IMG/VR virus record: IMGVR_UViG_3300020331_000002
Origin: a virus
Taxonomy: Duplodnaviria; Caudoviricetes
Length of the DNA: 64,000 nucleotides
Strand: one strand, 5' to 3'
The notes beneath the pieces are model-generated. The model was not told where the DNA came from, searched no databases, and worked only from the letters and a program-made list of their open reading frames with translations. The first letter of the stretch is position 1, and the number at the start of each line of letters is the position of its first letter. Both the position numbers and the translations under genes were made by a program. Below are positions 1 through 9,875 of this stretch, piece after piece.

Positions 1-12
1 TCACAGCGCCAT

Positions 13-366
13 TTGATTGACTATTTTAAAATGTTGCGCGGTGATATGCCTGTTACTAAATCAAAACTAAGCTTTTATCTGTTTTCATTTGAAAGCATGT
101 TATTAATAAGTGACAAGAAGATTAAGCGTCTTAGGCGTAAGGTTATCCAGCTGGCGGAAATCACACCGGTTCAGCGAGTTTATGCTTACAAAGACGCCAA
201 GATGCTATTGCGCAGGTATAATCCTCGTTTAGAGATATTGCCTTATTTCGATCCACTAATACCGGCTAAGATGCAAGACGCCGGCACTACTGTTGACACT
301 CTTTCAGCTGTAGCACTAGCCGCCCTTACAGGGTACCAAGTAGGCAGACAGAAGAGGCGGGACTAA
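13..366 (+). CDS. Hypothetical protein, probably the 3' part of a gene starting before the window
   Basis: ORF at the window edge, followed by a hairpin (aagaggcg...cgcctctt, about 352-378). Confidence 0.5.
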   Translation: MIDYFKMLRGDMPVTKSKLSFYLFSFESMLLISDKKIKRLRRKVIQLAEITPVQRVYAYKDAKMLLRRYNPRLEILPYFDPLIPAKMQDAGTTVDTLSAVALAALTGYQVGRQKRRD

Positions 367-390
367 CACTCGCCTCTTGTTCATTAAGAC

Positions 391-396
391 TAAATA
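391..396 (+). promoter_or_regulatory. Putative T4-like late promoter (TAAATA)
   Basis: CTAAATA in the intergenic gap 28 nt before ATG 424; the same hexamer recurs before many structural-looking genes. Confidence 0.6.
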
Positions 397-423
397 AGTT
401 TATTAAACTATCTAGGTACCATA

Positions 424-1410
424 ATGAACAAATACATTAAAATTAAATTTTTGTCAGAAGCGGCGATGGACACATATATGTCGCATCCCATTCTTTCTGA
501 GAATTCTAAATTTGAAGGCGACCGTGAACTTGCACTGGACGCTGATTATGCTGCTAAATTTACCAAGTTCCTTCAACATTCTGATTTATCAGAAAGTGTA
601 GAGTACAGCATGCAAGAACCTGCCCCTAAAAAGAAAGCAAGCAACAAGCAAGCTATCGTAAAAGAAGGTATTATCGACTTTAAGAAGAATCTAGACTATA
701 TGTCCACTGGCCGCCTTGGCCTAGCTGATCCTATGTCGTTTAATATAAACGATCCCGAAGTAGTAGGTGTGGATGGCTGTGCGTGCCTTAGCCAGGTATT
801 TGACGAGTTTAGTGCTCTTTGTAAGGATGTGAAAATACAAAAGAACGTGAGCTTCTTAGAAGATCTAAGAGAGAATATGGCTACCATACGCCGTATACGT
901 GAAATGTGTGAAATGATAGAAGCTTTTGAAGCTGATATCGACGCAGCGCCTATGTTCAAAGAACTGTTGTCTGGCGCAATTGTGGCAAGCGATAAAGTTT
1001 CCGGCCACAACCTATCTCACGAACTACCGTATACTATTTCTCCTGAGATAGAGGCGGACATCGCCGGTACGTTCGAAAAGATAAAGCCGATTGGGGCAGC
1101 GCTGAGCAAAGTGCTTCGTACCAGTCCGATTGATGAATCTGTTGCGATGATGAAGCTGGGTGATTTCGAGAAGAAACTTGGAAAGCCGTTTAGTGTTTCG
1201 CCTAAAAATAGCAGTGACACAGTGGCCGCGTTCTTAAATAGTGTGGCAAGCAGACTAGTTATGGTTAACAAGTCTCTGAAAGGCCAGAAGTCTTTAAGTC
1301 CAGAATCTGCTAGTCGAGTAAGGATGGACCTTGCCGAGTTAATGAACGACTTGACACTGGCGTATCAGATATCTGCGCGTTTACGTCAACTTGGCAAGCA
1401 AAAGAAATAA
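424..1410 (+). CDS. Hypothetical late protein (328 aa)
   Basis: Long ORF behind TAAATA; no recognised motif. Confidence 0.7.
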   Translation: MNKYIKIKFLSEAAMDTYMSHPILSENSKFEGDRELALDADYAAKFTKFLQHSDLSESVEYSMQEPAPKKKASNKQAIVKEGIIDFKKNLDYMSTGRLGLADPMSFNINDPEVVGVDGCACLSQVFDEFSALCKDVKIQKNVSFLEDLRENMATIRRIREMCEMIEAFEADIDAAPMFKELLSGAIVASDKVSGHNLSHELPYTISPEIEADIAGTFEKIKPIGAALSKVLRTSPIDESVAMMKLGDFEKKLGKPFSVSPKNSSDTVAAFLNSVASRLVMVNKSLKGQKSLSPESASRVRMDLAELMNDLTLAYQISARLRQLGKQKK

Positions 1411-1426
1411 TATTAGCCGTCGGCGC

Positions 1427-1436
1427 TAAATAAATA
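1427..1436 (+). promoter_or_regulatory. Putative late promoter (overlapping TAAATAAATA)
   Basis: Intergenic, upstream of ATG 1483. Confidence 0.6.
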
Positions 1437-1482
1437 TGTGAAAAGGGCACAAGCCCACAAAAGATTATGGAGATTTTTAATC

Positions 1483-1938
1483 ATGGCATTTGATGTATAC
1501 ACTAAAGGTTCAGTACAAGAAGGTATGTTCGTAGAACCAATGTACTTTGTTACACTAACATTCGATTCTGACATTTCAAGCTCAGCTTTCGGTGTTCGTG
1601 ATTCTGTACTTGAAAAAGCGCTACGCGTTCTTGGTACTCGTGCAGTTGTTACTGGTATTGGTCCTATGTACCTTGACGATGCAGGCACTGCGTCTAAAGT
1701 AGACGTTATCCTAGGCACTGGCCAAGGCTTCTACGTAGACGATCCAGCAACTAGCCTTGAAATTGAAGGCTTACAAGCTGAAGCAGTTGACGGTCTAGAC
1801 AATGCAGGCAACCCGATCTCTGCTACGTTTACGGCGACATTCGCTGTATTCTCTGGCTTAGATGCGGCTACTGCTGCTGACTTAGTAGAAGGCCACGACG
1901 GCGAACACCGCCCAGCTACTGCGCGTCACTTCAAGTAA
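1483..1938 (+). CDS. Small acidic, Ala/Gly-rich late protein, probably a virion component
   Basis: GGAG RBS supports ATG 1483 rather than 1438; monocistronic between a late promoter and a strong terminator. Confidence 0.6.
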   Translation: MAFDVYTKGSVQEGMFVEPMYFVTLTFDSDISSSAFGVRDSVLEKALRVLGTRAVVTGIGPMYLDDAGTASKVDVILGTGQGFYVDDPATSLEIEGLQAEAVDGLDNAGNPISATFTATFAVFSGLDAATAADLVEGHDGEHRPATARHFK

Positions 1939-1951
1939 TATTTTACTTCAT

Positions 1952-1980
1952 AAAAAAGCGGACTTTGGTCCGCTTTTTTT
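1952..1980. terminator. Rho-independent terminator (bidirectional form)
   Basis: aaaaaagcggac-tttg-gtccgcttttttt. Confidence 0.9.
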
Positions 1981-2009
1981 GTGCCCTGAGTTCGGTGAAC
2001 ATTTAATAC

Positions 2010-2015
2010 TAAATA
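2010..2015 (+). promoter_or_regulatory. Putative late promoter TAAATA
   Basis: CTAAATA just after the terminator and before the GGGAG RBS and ATG 2035. Confidence 0.65.
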
Positions 2016-2034
2016 AGTGAAACGGGAGCTCATA

Positions 2035-2439
2035 ATGGCCACACATGATTATGCATCCCTTGATATACGTGAGAAAATAGTTTTTTATTGTAGATCAAAT
2101 GGGAGACACGGCAGGGGCGGAGTTGAAGTTTCTAATAGCGGAGACTTCAAACAGGCGTCGCAAAAGAACTTCTCGATTATATTACAAGCAATAGGCCTTA
2201 GATGTCAACCACATGTGATAGTAGAACCGTATACTGTACTTGACCTCAATGATGTATGCGATTTAAAAGGCAGAGGAACTGCCTTTGTACTAGGATTCGA
2301 GCACGCTGACGCGTTTTCTAGAGGCGAAGACAAGCTGTGGTGGATACGGGAGAACCTCGATAACTTAATCCTATACGATGGTGGTAGATTAAGGTTATCA
2401 GAAAAAGCAAATGCAGCGGTAGGGATTTATGCTACTTGA
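2035..2439 (+). CDS. Conserved-type jumbo-phage hypothetical protein
   Basis: RBS GGGAG; first gene of an overlapping, coupled operon. Confidence 0.65.
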   Translation: MATHDYASLDIREKIVFYCRSNGRHGRGGVEVSNSGDFKQASQKNFSIILQAIGLRCQPHVIVEPYTVLDLNDVCDLKGRGTAFVLGFEHADAFSRGEDKLWWIRENLDNLILYDGGRLRLSEKANAAVGIYAT

Positions 2440-2908
2440 AGAACTAACAGGCGGCCGTGTTAACTTTATTGAAAGTAAATGGCTTGAACTAAAAACTCAT
2501 TTTAACGATGGCAAACTCATAGAAAGTAATCGACTTTGTGAAGCAATTTCGGTAGACGGAGAAGTGGTTGCTATGTATAATAGAGTCAATGGCAGTATCG
2601 TTTTCGAAGTAGAAGATCTAGGCGCTCTGCCGCTTGGTATCAAAACTTCTATAAACGAAGCAAGACGTGTCTGGAGTCGCGTAGGCGACTCCGTGGTGCG
2701 TAAATTCAGATGCACTAGTGGCCTCCGTAAAGGCCGCATTGTGTCTGACCCTGCTACCTGTCATAAACCGATTGACATTAAAAAGCGCGTCACTATGAAG
2801 CGAAACCAAGCTACAAAAGGCCGCACAATGTCACGCAAAGCTAAAAGAACAAAAAGAATAAATCCAGCAAGCAAACGAGTCGCAAGACTCAACGATCGGG
2901 AGAACTGA
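2429..2908 (+). CDS. Basic-tailed protein, possibly prohead core / head assembly
   Basis: Very Lys/Arg-rich C-half (RRVWSRVG..VVRKFRCTSG.RKGRIVS) resembles proteins I recall from head modules of large T4-related phages; function is inference. Confidence 0.45.
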   Translation: MLLEELTGGRVNFIESKWLELKTHFNDGKLIESNRLCEAISVDGEVVAMYNRVNGSIVFEVEDLGALPLGIKTSINEARRVWSRVGDSVVRKFRCTSGLRKGRIVSDPATCHKPIDIKKRVTMKRNQATKGRTMSRKAKRTKRINPASKRVARLNDREN

Positions 2909-3258
2909 TGAAAACATCTTGTGCATCATACGGCGAAACACCATACGGCTTCACAGTAACCAACGGTGGAGAGGTACACACTAACATCTTTTTGGAAGAC
3001 ACGGCTAAAGCCCTTGTTTCTGCGTATAATAGTGGGTACACCTTCCTGGTGCCGTCCTTAATCAACGACGATCGGTATTACGGCAAGTATACCACTGACG
3101 TCATGTTTTACGATAATTCGGCTAATTACGTATTGGCTGAAGACTCTGCGCAAATGGCCGGCATGTACAAGAGACGCCTGTACCAAAACATTGCTCGCAT
3201 CCGTGATGAAGTAAATAAGCTTAATGCTGAAAAGTTTTTAGAGGCGGACGTATTATGA
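2908..3258 (+). CDS. Hypothetical late protein
   Basis: Coupled by TGATG overlap. Confidence 0.65.
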   Translation: MKTSCASYGETPYGFTVTNGGEVHTNIFLEDTAKALVSAYNSGYTFLVPSLINDDRYYGKYTTDVMFYDNSANYVLAEDSAQMAGMYKRRLYQNIARIRDEVNKLNAEKFLEADVL

Positions 3259-3959
3259 AAGTAGATTCACTATACCTTAGTGAAAAAGTTAACTTCGGCA
3301 AAAACATGCCTAAGATTAGACCTGATTCTAAAATCAGTGATATCAAGGATGCTGTTAGTTACGCATTTAAAAAAATCCATGAGAACAGAAACGACTCGGT
3401 TATTAAGATCGCAATGAACGGTCTTATTAAAGAGGCGGGTTCTGTTATATCGAAACAAATTAAGGACGGCCGAATTGGTATGAAAGAGTTAAACGAATTT
3501 AGACAGTGGATTGACACCGTCGCAAACAACGAAAAGCAACTTAACGAAAACGTTGATCAAGCGGAAGTCCTTGTTGCTGCAAAAGCACTAAGTGGCGACA
3601 TTCAGAACATGTATGAGAAAGTGGCAAAGATGGTTGCCACTGACTTGATCTATATCACTGAAGAGATTAAGAATAAATTCGGTGAAGACCAAGCCAAAGC
3701 GTTTTACAATCTTGCTAAATCTAATTTGGAAGGCCTGACTGACACGCTTCAAGCTAGCTATGAAGAATTATCAGGCGCTGCTGATGACTTATCTTCTGGC
3801 ACACCTATTAGCTCGGACAGTGATATGATGGATTACGACAGTCTTGGCGGTGACGACAGCGATGATGAAGAAGGCGATACACCTGACCTTGATAGTGACG
3901 GTACTGATGCTCCCGAATTAGAGCTTGGCGGCGACCGCGGAATGAAGGACGACGCATAA
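3255..3959 (+). CDS. Helical protein with very acidic C-terminal tail, possibly scaffold-like
   Basis: Coiled-coil-like middle; D/E-rich tail (DDSDDEEGDTPDLDSDG). Confidence 0.5.
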   Translation: MKVDSLYLSEKVNFGKNMPKIRPDSKISDIKDAVSYAFKKIHENRNDSVIKIAMNGLIKEAGSVISKQIKDGRIGMKELNEFRQWIDTVANNEKQLNENVDQAEVLVAAKALSGDIQNMYEKVAKMVATDLIYITEEIKNKFGEDQAKAFYNLAKSNLEGLTDTLQASYEELSGAADDLSSGTPISSDSDMMDYDSLGGDDSDDEEGDTPDLDSDGTDAPELELGGDRGMKDDA

Positions 3960-4279
3960 TGCGCATAGATGAAATTATCAACGAAAGCGACGATAATTTG
4001 CGAGCCGAGTTAGAGAATTTCATCTTACGCCAACGAGCACAGGGACAAGAAGAGATTGATACTTCTGTTGCCGTTCAGTATATGCATGACATGACAGGTG
4101 TACAAGTTACACCTGAAATGATTGTTGATATGCTATCCGGGTCTGACATAATAGGCACGGTGACGGTTGATACGATTTCGTTTGGATCCGATCTTGCTAT
4201 TGACGTAGGTGACGAAGAAACCGCTCGAGATGCGGTTCGCAAAAAATCTTCACAATTTGCAAAAAAAGAAATGAGGTAG
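3959..4279 (+). CDS. Small acidic hypothetical protein
   Basis: TAATG coupling; 106 aa. Confidence 0.65.
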   Translation: MRIDEIINESDDNLRAELENFILRQRAQGQEEIDTSVAVQYMHDMTGVQVTPEMIVDMLSGSDIIGTVTVDTISFGSDLAIDVGDEETARDAVRKKSSQFAKKEMR

Positions 4280-4282
4280 TGT

Positions 4283-5371
4283 ATGCGCCTGTGCTTCAGT
4301 GCTGACGAGCTTGACAATGTAAAGCCGTATAGTGCGATGTTGATGGATGACTTGAATGTTGCTGAGAAAATGATACTCGATGCACATCATGCAGGAAACC
4401 GTTCCGTAGTAATTGACTCAGGCACGCACCTCACTGAAACATCTGGTTTTGTTGAATCAGTTAACATCTTAAGTGGCGGCAAGAACTTGTCGCCTATCCC
4501 TGCTAACGTACGAGTCGAACACTCTATCGGATATGGCGCCAAGTTTAAAGTGAACGTTGATAGCCAGGGCGCTATAACTAGAGTAGATGTAGTAGAGCCT
4601 GGTTCAGGCTATTACCCTGTAATAGCTAAAGCCTACCCGCCAGTCCGTTTTACCGAGGACGAGCACACGTCAGCCGAGTTTACCGTGGTCGCTAGTGATA
4701 CCGGCGCAGTACTAAAGGTGGTGCCCACTAAAGCAGGAACCGGCTACACGGTTGGTTCCGATATCATTATAGATCACCCGACTGGTTTCGGCGCATCAGC
4801 GCAGATATCTGAGGTTGATTCTCAGGGAGGCATAGTAAATGTAAGTGTATCTGCCCCTGGTACAGGATACTCGACACGCTTACCTAGCATTGTTGTTTCC
4901 CACCCGGCAGGCAAAGGGTTTGCCGCAGGTGCCATACACACTGAAAACGGCCGTATCAAGTCGATAGCGGTAAAGAGTGGTGGCTCTGGTTACAGCCCTA
5001 TCCAGTGCCGTGTGCGCATGTCTAGCCGTACAGGCTCCGGCGCTAAGTTTAAGCCCTTGTTTTCGGCTGCGGGTGAAATTATAGGTGTTACCTTGTTGTC
5101 GGGTGGCAGCGAGTATTCAGTACACGATACAATTACCGTTACCCCGAGTGAGTTCCATACAAACCCTGCACCAGCTATTTTAGAGCCTGTTGTAAATGTT
5201 AGCACGCCAACATCTACACCTTACTGGCAAGCATACAGGAGCCCTGTGAAGTCCCATGAAAGAGACTTTGTATACAGGTTTATAAGTATTTTAGAGGCTG
5301 CAAAATTTACTGTTAATGTAGTAACCAATCCGAAAACACTCAACACACTAAAGATAATAATAAGTTGGTGA
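4283..5371 (+). CDS. Structural protein with beta-rich G(S/T)GY repeats
   Basis: PGSGY, AGTGY, PGTGY, GGSGY, GGSEY with G.GA..  linkers, typical of T4-like virion proteins. Confidence 0.65.
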   Translation: MRLCFSADELDNVKPYSAMLMDDLNVAEKMILDAHHAGNRSVVIDSGTHLTETSGFVESVNILSGGKNLSPIPANVRVEHSIGYGAKFKVNVDSQGAITRVDVVEPGSGYYPVIAKAYPPVRFTEDEHTSAEFTVVASDTGAVLKVVPTKAGTGYTVGSDIIIDHPTGFGASAQISEVDSQGGIVNVSVSAPGTGYSTRLPSIVVSHPAGKGFAAGAIHTENGRIKSIAVKSGGSGYSPIQCRVRMSSRTGSGAKFKPLFSAAGEIIGVTLLSGGSEYSVHDTITVTPSEFHTNPAPAILEPVVNVSTPTSTPYWQAYRSPVKSHERDFVYRFISILEAAKFTVNVVTNPKTLNTLKIIISW

Positions 5372-5374
5372 TAT

Positions 5375-6073
5375 ATGATAGAACGTCCTGTCCTGGAGAA
5401 CCGGTTCGATTACGGCTCCGTAGAACGGGTTCTTGTTGATAGAAAATGGCGCTATGGTCCTGAAGGGCTTGCGCTCCCTGCAATAACAAGAATCCTTAAT
5501 GCAACCAAATCAGAAGAATCCAAACAAGCACTTGAAGATTGGAAAGCGAGGGTCGGTGAAGAAGAAGCCGAACGCATTTCAAAAGAGTCGACTGGCATCG
5601 GCGATGCAATGCACGCCAATTTAGAGAACTGGCTCCTTGATACCGGTAAAGATCAAGAAGGCGCTTATTTGGCTAAGCTCCTCACCAAACTAATGCAACT
5701 TGAAATCAATAAACACTGCGACGAGGTATGGGGCGTAGAAGTTCCTGTTTACTTACCCGGTATGTACGGTGGTATATTGGATATGTCGGGTGTTTGGCGC
5801 GGCAAGCGTTCTGTTATTGATTTTAAAAACAGTAGAAAACCCAAGCGCAAAGAATGGATAGAAGACTATCGCTGCCAGTGCGGTGCTTACGGTATTGCAC
5901 ATAACGCACTCTTCAATTCAGGCATCGAACAAGCAGTTGTTTTGGTTGCGTGCTGGGAGACAGGCACGGTGCAAGAGTTTGTTTTTTCTGGCGACGAGTA
6001 TCGAGATTGCGAGACTCTTTGGGTGTCAAAATTAGATGAGTATTACTCGACTAATCCGCTTCCTTCCAAGTAA
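5375..6073 (+). CDS. PD-(D/E)XK exonuclease (Cas4-like phage exonuclease family)
   Basis: LPAITRIL..WKARVGEEEA..G..MH..LE; E-x-P, G-x-x-D and IDFK motifs; Q...Y motif. Confidence 0.85.
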   Translation: MIERPVLENRFDYGSVERVLVDRKWRYGPEGLALPAITRILNATKSEESKQALEDWKARVGEEEAERISKESTGIGDAMHANLENWLLDTGKDQEGAYLAKLLTKLMQLEINKHCDEVWGVEVPVYLPGMYGGILDMSGVWRGKRSVIDFKNSRKPKRKEWIEDYRCQCGAYGIAHNALFNSGIEQAVVLVACWETGTVQEFVFSGDEYRDCETLWVSKLDEYYSTNPLPSK

Positions 6074-6095
6074 ATAATACTACTATTTGAAGGAA
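6060..6095 (+). promoter_or_regulatory. Late promoter TAAATA (6071-6076) inside an SD-sequestering hairpin
   Basis: TTCCTTC (6060-66) is the exact complement of GAAGGAA (6089-95), the SD of ATG 6101. Confidence 0.6.
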
Positions 6096-6100
6096 TAACG

Positions 6101-7054
6101 ATGAACCCAACTACTACTATTAAGGTGGCTAGGCAAACGAACCTACGCGGCCGACAAGTTGATCTACCTCAACCACTTGCTCCGGGCGAGTTTGGCCAGT
6201 GCGTTGATACTCAACGAATCTACATAGGCGGCGATCCTGCGTATACGCCGCCAGGCATAAACTACCTTGGATCTACCGAGGCATTAACTGGACAGAACTA
6301 CCTAGAAACGCGCTTTATCCCTGTTCGTTTAGCAGATGGTACAACCAAAGCTGACTTGGAAAACGAGTTCGGTTCTATGGTATCTGACCCGGGTACTGAC
6401 ATTAGATTTAACGTGGAAACTGCGCTTATTGTTCTCCCTGCAGGCACCACAGCTTCTGAAAAATTGGGCGCTGAAACCACTGTATCGGGTAGCTCATTGA
6501 TAGAAGAAATTCTAGATACTGAAACGGTTGGATTCACTGTAGAGACTGGCGGACACGGCGAAGCTTCGCTGATAGCAACGGCCATGAACGAGATGTCTAA
6601 CAGGGCGATTGCTAATGTTCGACTGAATATAGAGCTAAAGACCTCAGTTGACAGTGAAACCATTATTGTTACTAGTCCTGGCGAAAACATATACGCGCCA
6701 CTTCGGTGGACGCTTCCGCCAACGGAATCCTTTTTGGATTTCCCGGACGGGGGCCTAATATTTGAAACTACCGAGAGTGACGTGTTCACTTGTGAGTATT
6801 CACTCGAAATGGCAGACAACGGCGACACGTATTTTAGTTCAGGCATAATTACCGCCCACTTAAGTCCGTTATCACGAACCGGTCTAGTATCAACCCAAGG
6901 ACCATCTGTAAGAGTACCTGATGGCCTTGCCGGGTATGTTACGTTTTCGGTGGACTTTCTTACGCCTGACAGAGCGGTATGGCGCTATAAGAACACATTT
7001 AACGCAGACGCTAAACTTTCAATGGTTATAAGGCGATTTGCTTCAAGAGATTAA
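6101..7054 (+). CDS. Virion structural protein (tail/baseplate-type N-terminal module)
   Basis: RGRQVDLPQPLAPGEFGQCVDTQRIYIG resembles the ..L..GE.G...DT..LYIG N-terminal module of phage tail proteins; late promoter. Confidence 0.6.
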   Translation: MNPTTTIKVARQTNLRGRQVDLPQPLAPGEFGQCVDTQRIYIGGDPAYTPPGINYLGSTEALTGQNYLETRFIPVRLADGTTKADLENEFGSMVSDPGTDIRFNVETALIVLPAGTTASEKLGAETTVSGSSLIEEILDTETVGFTVETGGHGEASLIATAMNEMSNRAIANVRLNIELKTSVDSETIIVTSPGENIYAPLRWTLPPTESFLDFPDGGLIFETTESDVFTCEYSLEMADNGDTYFSSGIITAHLSPLSRTGLVSTQGPSVRVPDGLAGYVTFSVDFLTPDRAVWRYKNTFNADAKLSMVIRRFASRD

Positions 7055-7060
7055 ACAGGG

Positions 7061-7525
7061 GTGCGTATGACACATACAGATTGGACTCAACTTGACTTTG
7101 AAGATTTTATGGCACTGTGGCGCAAAATGCGTGTTGACCTGCCTGTATTAAGCGCTGAAGAATTAGGTTCTCATCTGCGCGAAAAGTTTGCAAGGTTTCC
7201 TATCGAGACGGGCAAAACACTAGATCCCTATTCCCCGTCTAACTGGCCTAGTCCATGGGAGCAGATTACTGATAGTCTGTTTTGTTCATGCGGACTAGGC
7301 GTATTTCTTTACTATACTATAAGTCTTTCAGACTCGTACGCTGACGACGATTTCGGGATTTATTACGTAGAAAAAGAAGGATATGACAGGATAGTCATCG
7401 TAAATAACACACATGGTTGGTTTATAGATACACTGACTTATGATGGCGGTACGGTGTCTGACTTGCAAGTAGGAAAAATACTTGCCTCTTACAGTAGTCA
7501 AGACCTACCGAGATACAATAACTAG
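7061..7525 (+). CDS. Hypothetical protein upstream of nrdA
   Basis: 154 aa with a WPSPWE motif; overlaps the nrdA leader. Confidence 0.65.
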   Translation: MRMTHTDWTQLDFEDFMALWRKMRVDLPVLSAEELGSHLREKFARFPIETGKTLDPYSPSNWPSPWEQITDSLFCSCGLGVFLYYTISLSDSYADDDFGIYYVEKEGYDRIVIVNNTHGWFIDTLTYDGGTVSDLQVGKILASYSSQDLPRYNN

Positions 7526-7535
7526 CGAGACGAAA

Positions 7536-9875
7536 ATGACAGAAGAGATCCGCATTAAGAAGCGTGACGGTTCACTCGAGCCCTTCAATATCGAGAAAAT
7601 TCACAAAGTAGTACAGTGGGCATGTAACGGCTTAACCGGTGTTTCGCCATCACAAATAGAACTTAAATCAAAGCTTTACTTCTACGATGGGATGGAATCA
7701 CAAGCGATTCATAAAACGCTAACTAAAACCGCAGCTGATTTGATCACCCCTGAAGACAGTAACTACCAATACGTTGCGAGTAAGTTAGTGAACTTTAACT
7801 TACGTAAAGAAGTATACGGTCAGCCTGAACCGTGGCACTTGCGTAAGATTGTCGAGCGCAACATTACCCTAGGATGGTACACTGAAGAACTCAAAGAGTG
7901 GTACAGTGACGAGGAGTTAAATTATCTTAACAAAATCATCAAGCATGATCGTGACTATGATATCAGTTACGCTGGCATGGGGCAGTGGTTAGGTAAGTAT
8001 CTGGCACAGGATCGAGTGAAAGAAGAACACTTTGAAACCCCGCAGGTGGCATATGTGTTGATCGCTGCTACCCTGTTCCATGATTACCCCGCATCCACCC
8101 GTATGAAGTTTGTTAAAGAGTACTACGATGCGTTGAGTAAATTTAAGATTAGTGTGCCGACACCGGTTCTAGCGGGCGCCAGAACACGCGAAAAGCAGTT
8201 CAGTTCTTGTGTACTTATTGAGTCAGCAGATAGTTTGGATTCGATTAACGCGACGTCGTCTGCCATCGTAAACTATGTTTCACAGAAAGCAGGCATTGGT
8301 ATTAATATTGGACGCATTCGCCCAGTTGGTACTAAAGTGCGAGGCGGTGATGTTGAACATACCGGCGTTATTCCGTTCCTTAAGTATTTCCAGGCAGCAC
8401 TTAAGTCTTGTTCGCAGGGCGGTGTACGCGGTGGTTCTGCCACAGTGTATTATCCTTACTTCCATGGTGAAGTAGAAAACCTACTTGTTGCTAAAAACAA
8501 CAAAGGGACTGAAGAAAGCCGTGTTCGCCACGTAGACTACGGTATTCAGTTTAACAAGCTAATATATGAACGTGCACTAGCCGGGCAAGATGTTACCTTG
8601 TTTAACTCAAGTGAAGTGCCGCAGTTATGGGACACGTTTTACTCAGGCGATAACGATGCATTTGCCAAGCTTTACAGTGAGTTAGAAAAGTCACCTAAAG
8701 TTGCGTACAAGCGCAAAGTTAACGCGTATGAGTTGATGTCGCAGTTTCTAGATGAAAGACAAAACACTGGTCGAATTTACTTGCAGAATATCGACCACTG
8801 TAATACTCATAGCTCGTTTGATCAAACCAAACACCCTGTGACTATGTCTAACTTGTGTGCTGAGATTACGTTGCCTACTAAGCCTTTTGAGTCACTACAT
8901 GATGAATCAGGCCGCATTGCACTATGTACGCTATCGGCAATTAACTGGGGCGTAATTAATAAGCCTGAAGACTTTGAAAAACCTTGTGAATTAGCTGTTC
9001 GTAGTCTTGACGCGTTATTATCGTACCAAAATTATCCGGCTATTCAAGCTGAGCTTTCTACCAGAGAGTTTAGGACTTTGGGTATAGGTATCAACAACTT
9101 AGCCTACTTCCTTGCCAAGAACGGCACCGGGTATACGCAAGAGTCAGCGCTAGAGCTAGTCGACGAGTATATGGAAGCAATGAGCTTCTACATCATTAAA
9201 GCTTCTGTTCAGCTTGCTAAAGAGAAAGGCGCGTGTGAATTGTCGCACGAGACCAAATACGGTCAGGGACTATTCCCGTGGGAAACTGCGCATAAAAATG
9301 TCAATGACTTGGTGCCTTTGAACTTGCGCATGGACTGGGAGTCGTTACGTGCTGATATGAAAGAGCACGGCGTTCGTAATGCGGCGATGATGGCATGTAT
9401 GCCGAGCGAGTCTTCTAGCCAGCTAATTAATGCTACTAATGGTGTTGAACCACCGCGTGGTTTTGTTAGTGAAAAGTCAAGCAAGCATGGTGTATTTAAA
9501 CAAGTAGTGCCTGAGTACAGTAAGTACAAAAACAAGTACGAACTGTTATGGGATCAAGAGTCGCCGCGTGGGTACTTGTCTATTATGGCTGTGTTGCAGC
9601 GCTATATGGACCAGACTATATCTGCCAACACAAGTTATAACCCGTTACACTTCAAAACACTTGATGCAAACGGCGGCGAGATGAAGAGTAAAATACCACT
9701 CACTACGTTGATCGAAGACTTGTACTTCACCTATTCTCACGGTATTAAGACGTTGTATTACGCGAACACGTATGACGCAAACGAAGGCGACGGCACCGAG
9801 AAGAAAGACACCGTAGAAGAGCCGTTACCGGTCGAGATTATCGACGACGATGACTGTGAAGGATGTGTACTGTAA
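7536..9875 (+). CDS. nrdA: Ribonucleotide reductase class Ia alpha subunit with ATP cone
   Basis: KKRDG ATP cone, PTPVLAG, QFSSCVL, SQGGVRGG, NLCAEI (catalytic N-x-C-x-E), TLYY, C-terminal CEGC; uninterrupted. Confidence 0.98.
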   Translation: MTEEIRIKKRDGSLEPFNIEKIHKVVQWACNGLTGVSPSQIELKSKLYFYDGMESQAIHKTLTKTAADLITPEDSNYQYVASKLVNFNLRKEVYGQPEPWHLRKIVERNITLGWYTEELKEWYSDEELNYLNKIIKHDRDYDISYAGMGQWLGKYLAQDRVKEEHFETPQVAYVLIAATLFHDYPASTRMKFVKEYYDALSKFKISVPTPVLAGARTREKQFSSCVLIESADSLDSINATSSAIVNYVSQKAGIGINIGRIRPVGTKVRGGDVEHTGVIPFLKYFQAALKSCSQGGVRGGSATVYYPYFHGEVENLLVAKNNKGTEESRVRHVDYGIQFNKLIYERALAGQDVTLFNSSEVPQLWDTFYSGDNDAFAKLYSELEKSPKVAYKRKVNAYELMSQFLDERQNTGRIYLQNIDHCNTHSSFDQTKHPVTMSNLCAEITLPTKPFESLHDESGRIALCTLSAINWGVINKPEDFEKPCELAVRSLDALLSYQNYPAIQAELSTREFRTLGIGINNLAYFLAKNGTGYTQESALELVDEYMEAMSFYIIKASVQLAKEKGACELSHETKYGQGLFPWETAHKNVNDLVPLNLRMDWESLRADMKEHGVRNAAMMACMPSESSSQLINATNGVEPPRGFVSEKSSKHGVFKQVVPEYSKYKNKYELLWDQESPRGYLSIMAVLQRYMDQTISANTSYNPLHFKTLDANGGEMKSKIPLTTLIEDLYFTYSHGIKTLYYANTYDANEGDGTEKKDTVEEPLPVEIIDDDDCEGCVL

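Noticed and set aside
5375-6073. Cas4 / CRISPR-associated gene
   Set aside because: No repeat-spacer array or other cas gene seen; it matches the stand-alone phage exonuclease type and lacks the Cas4 four-Cys Fe-S arrangement.
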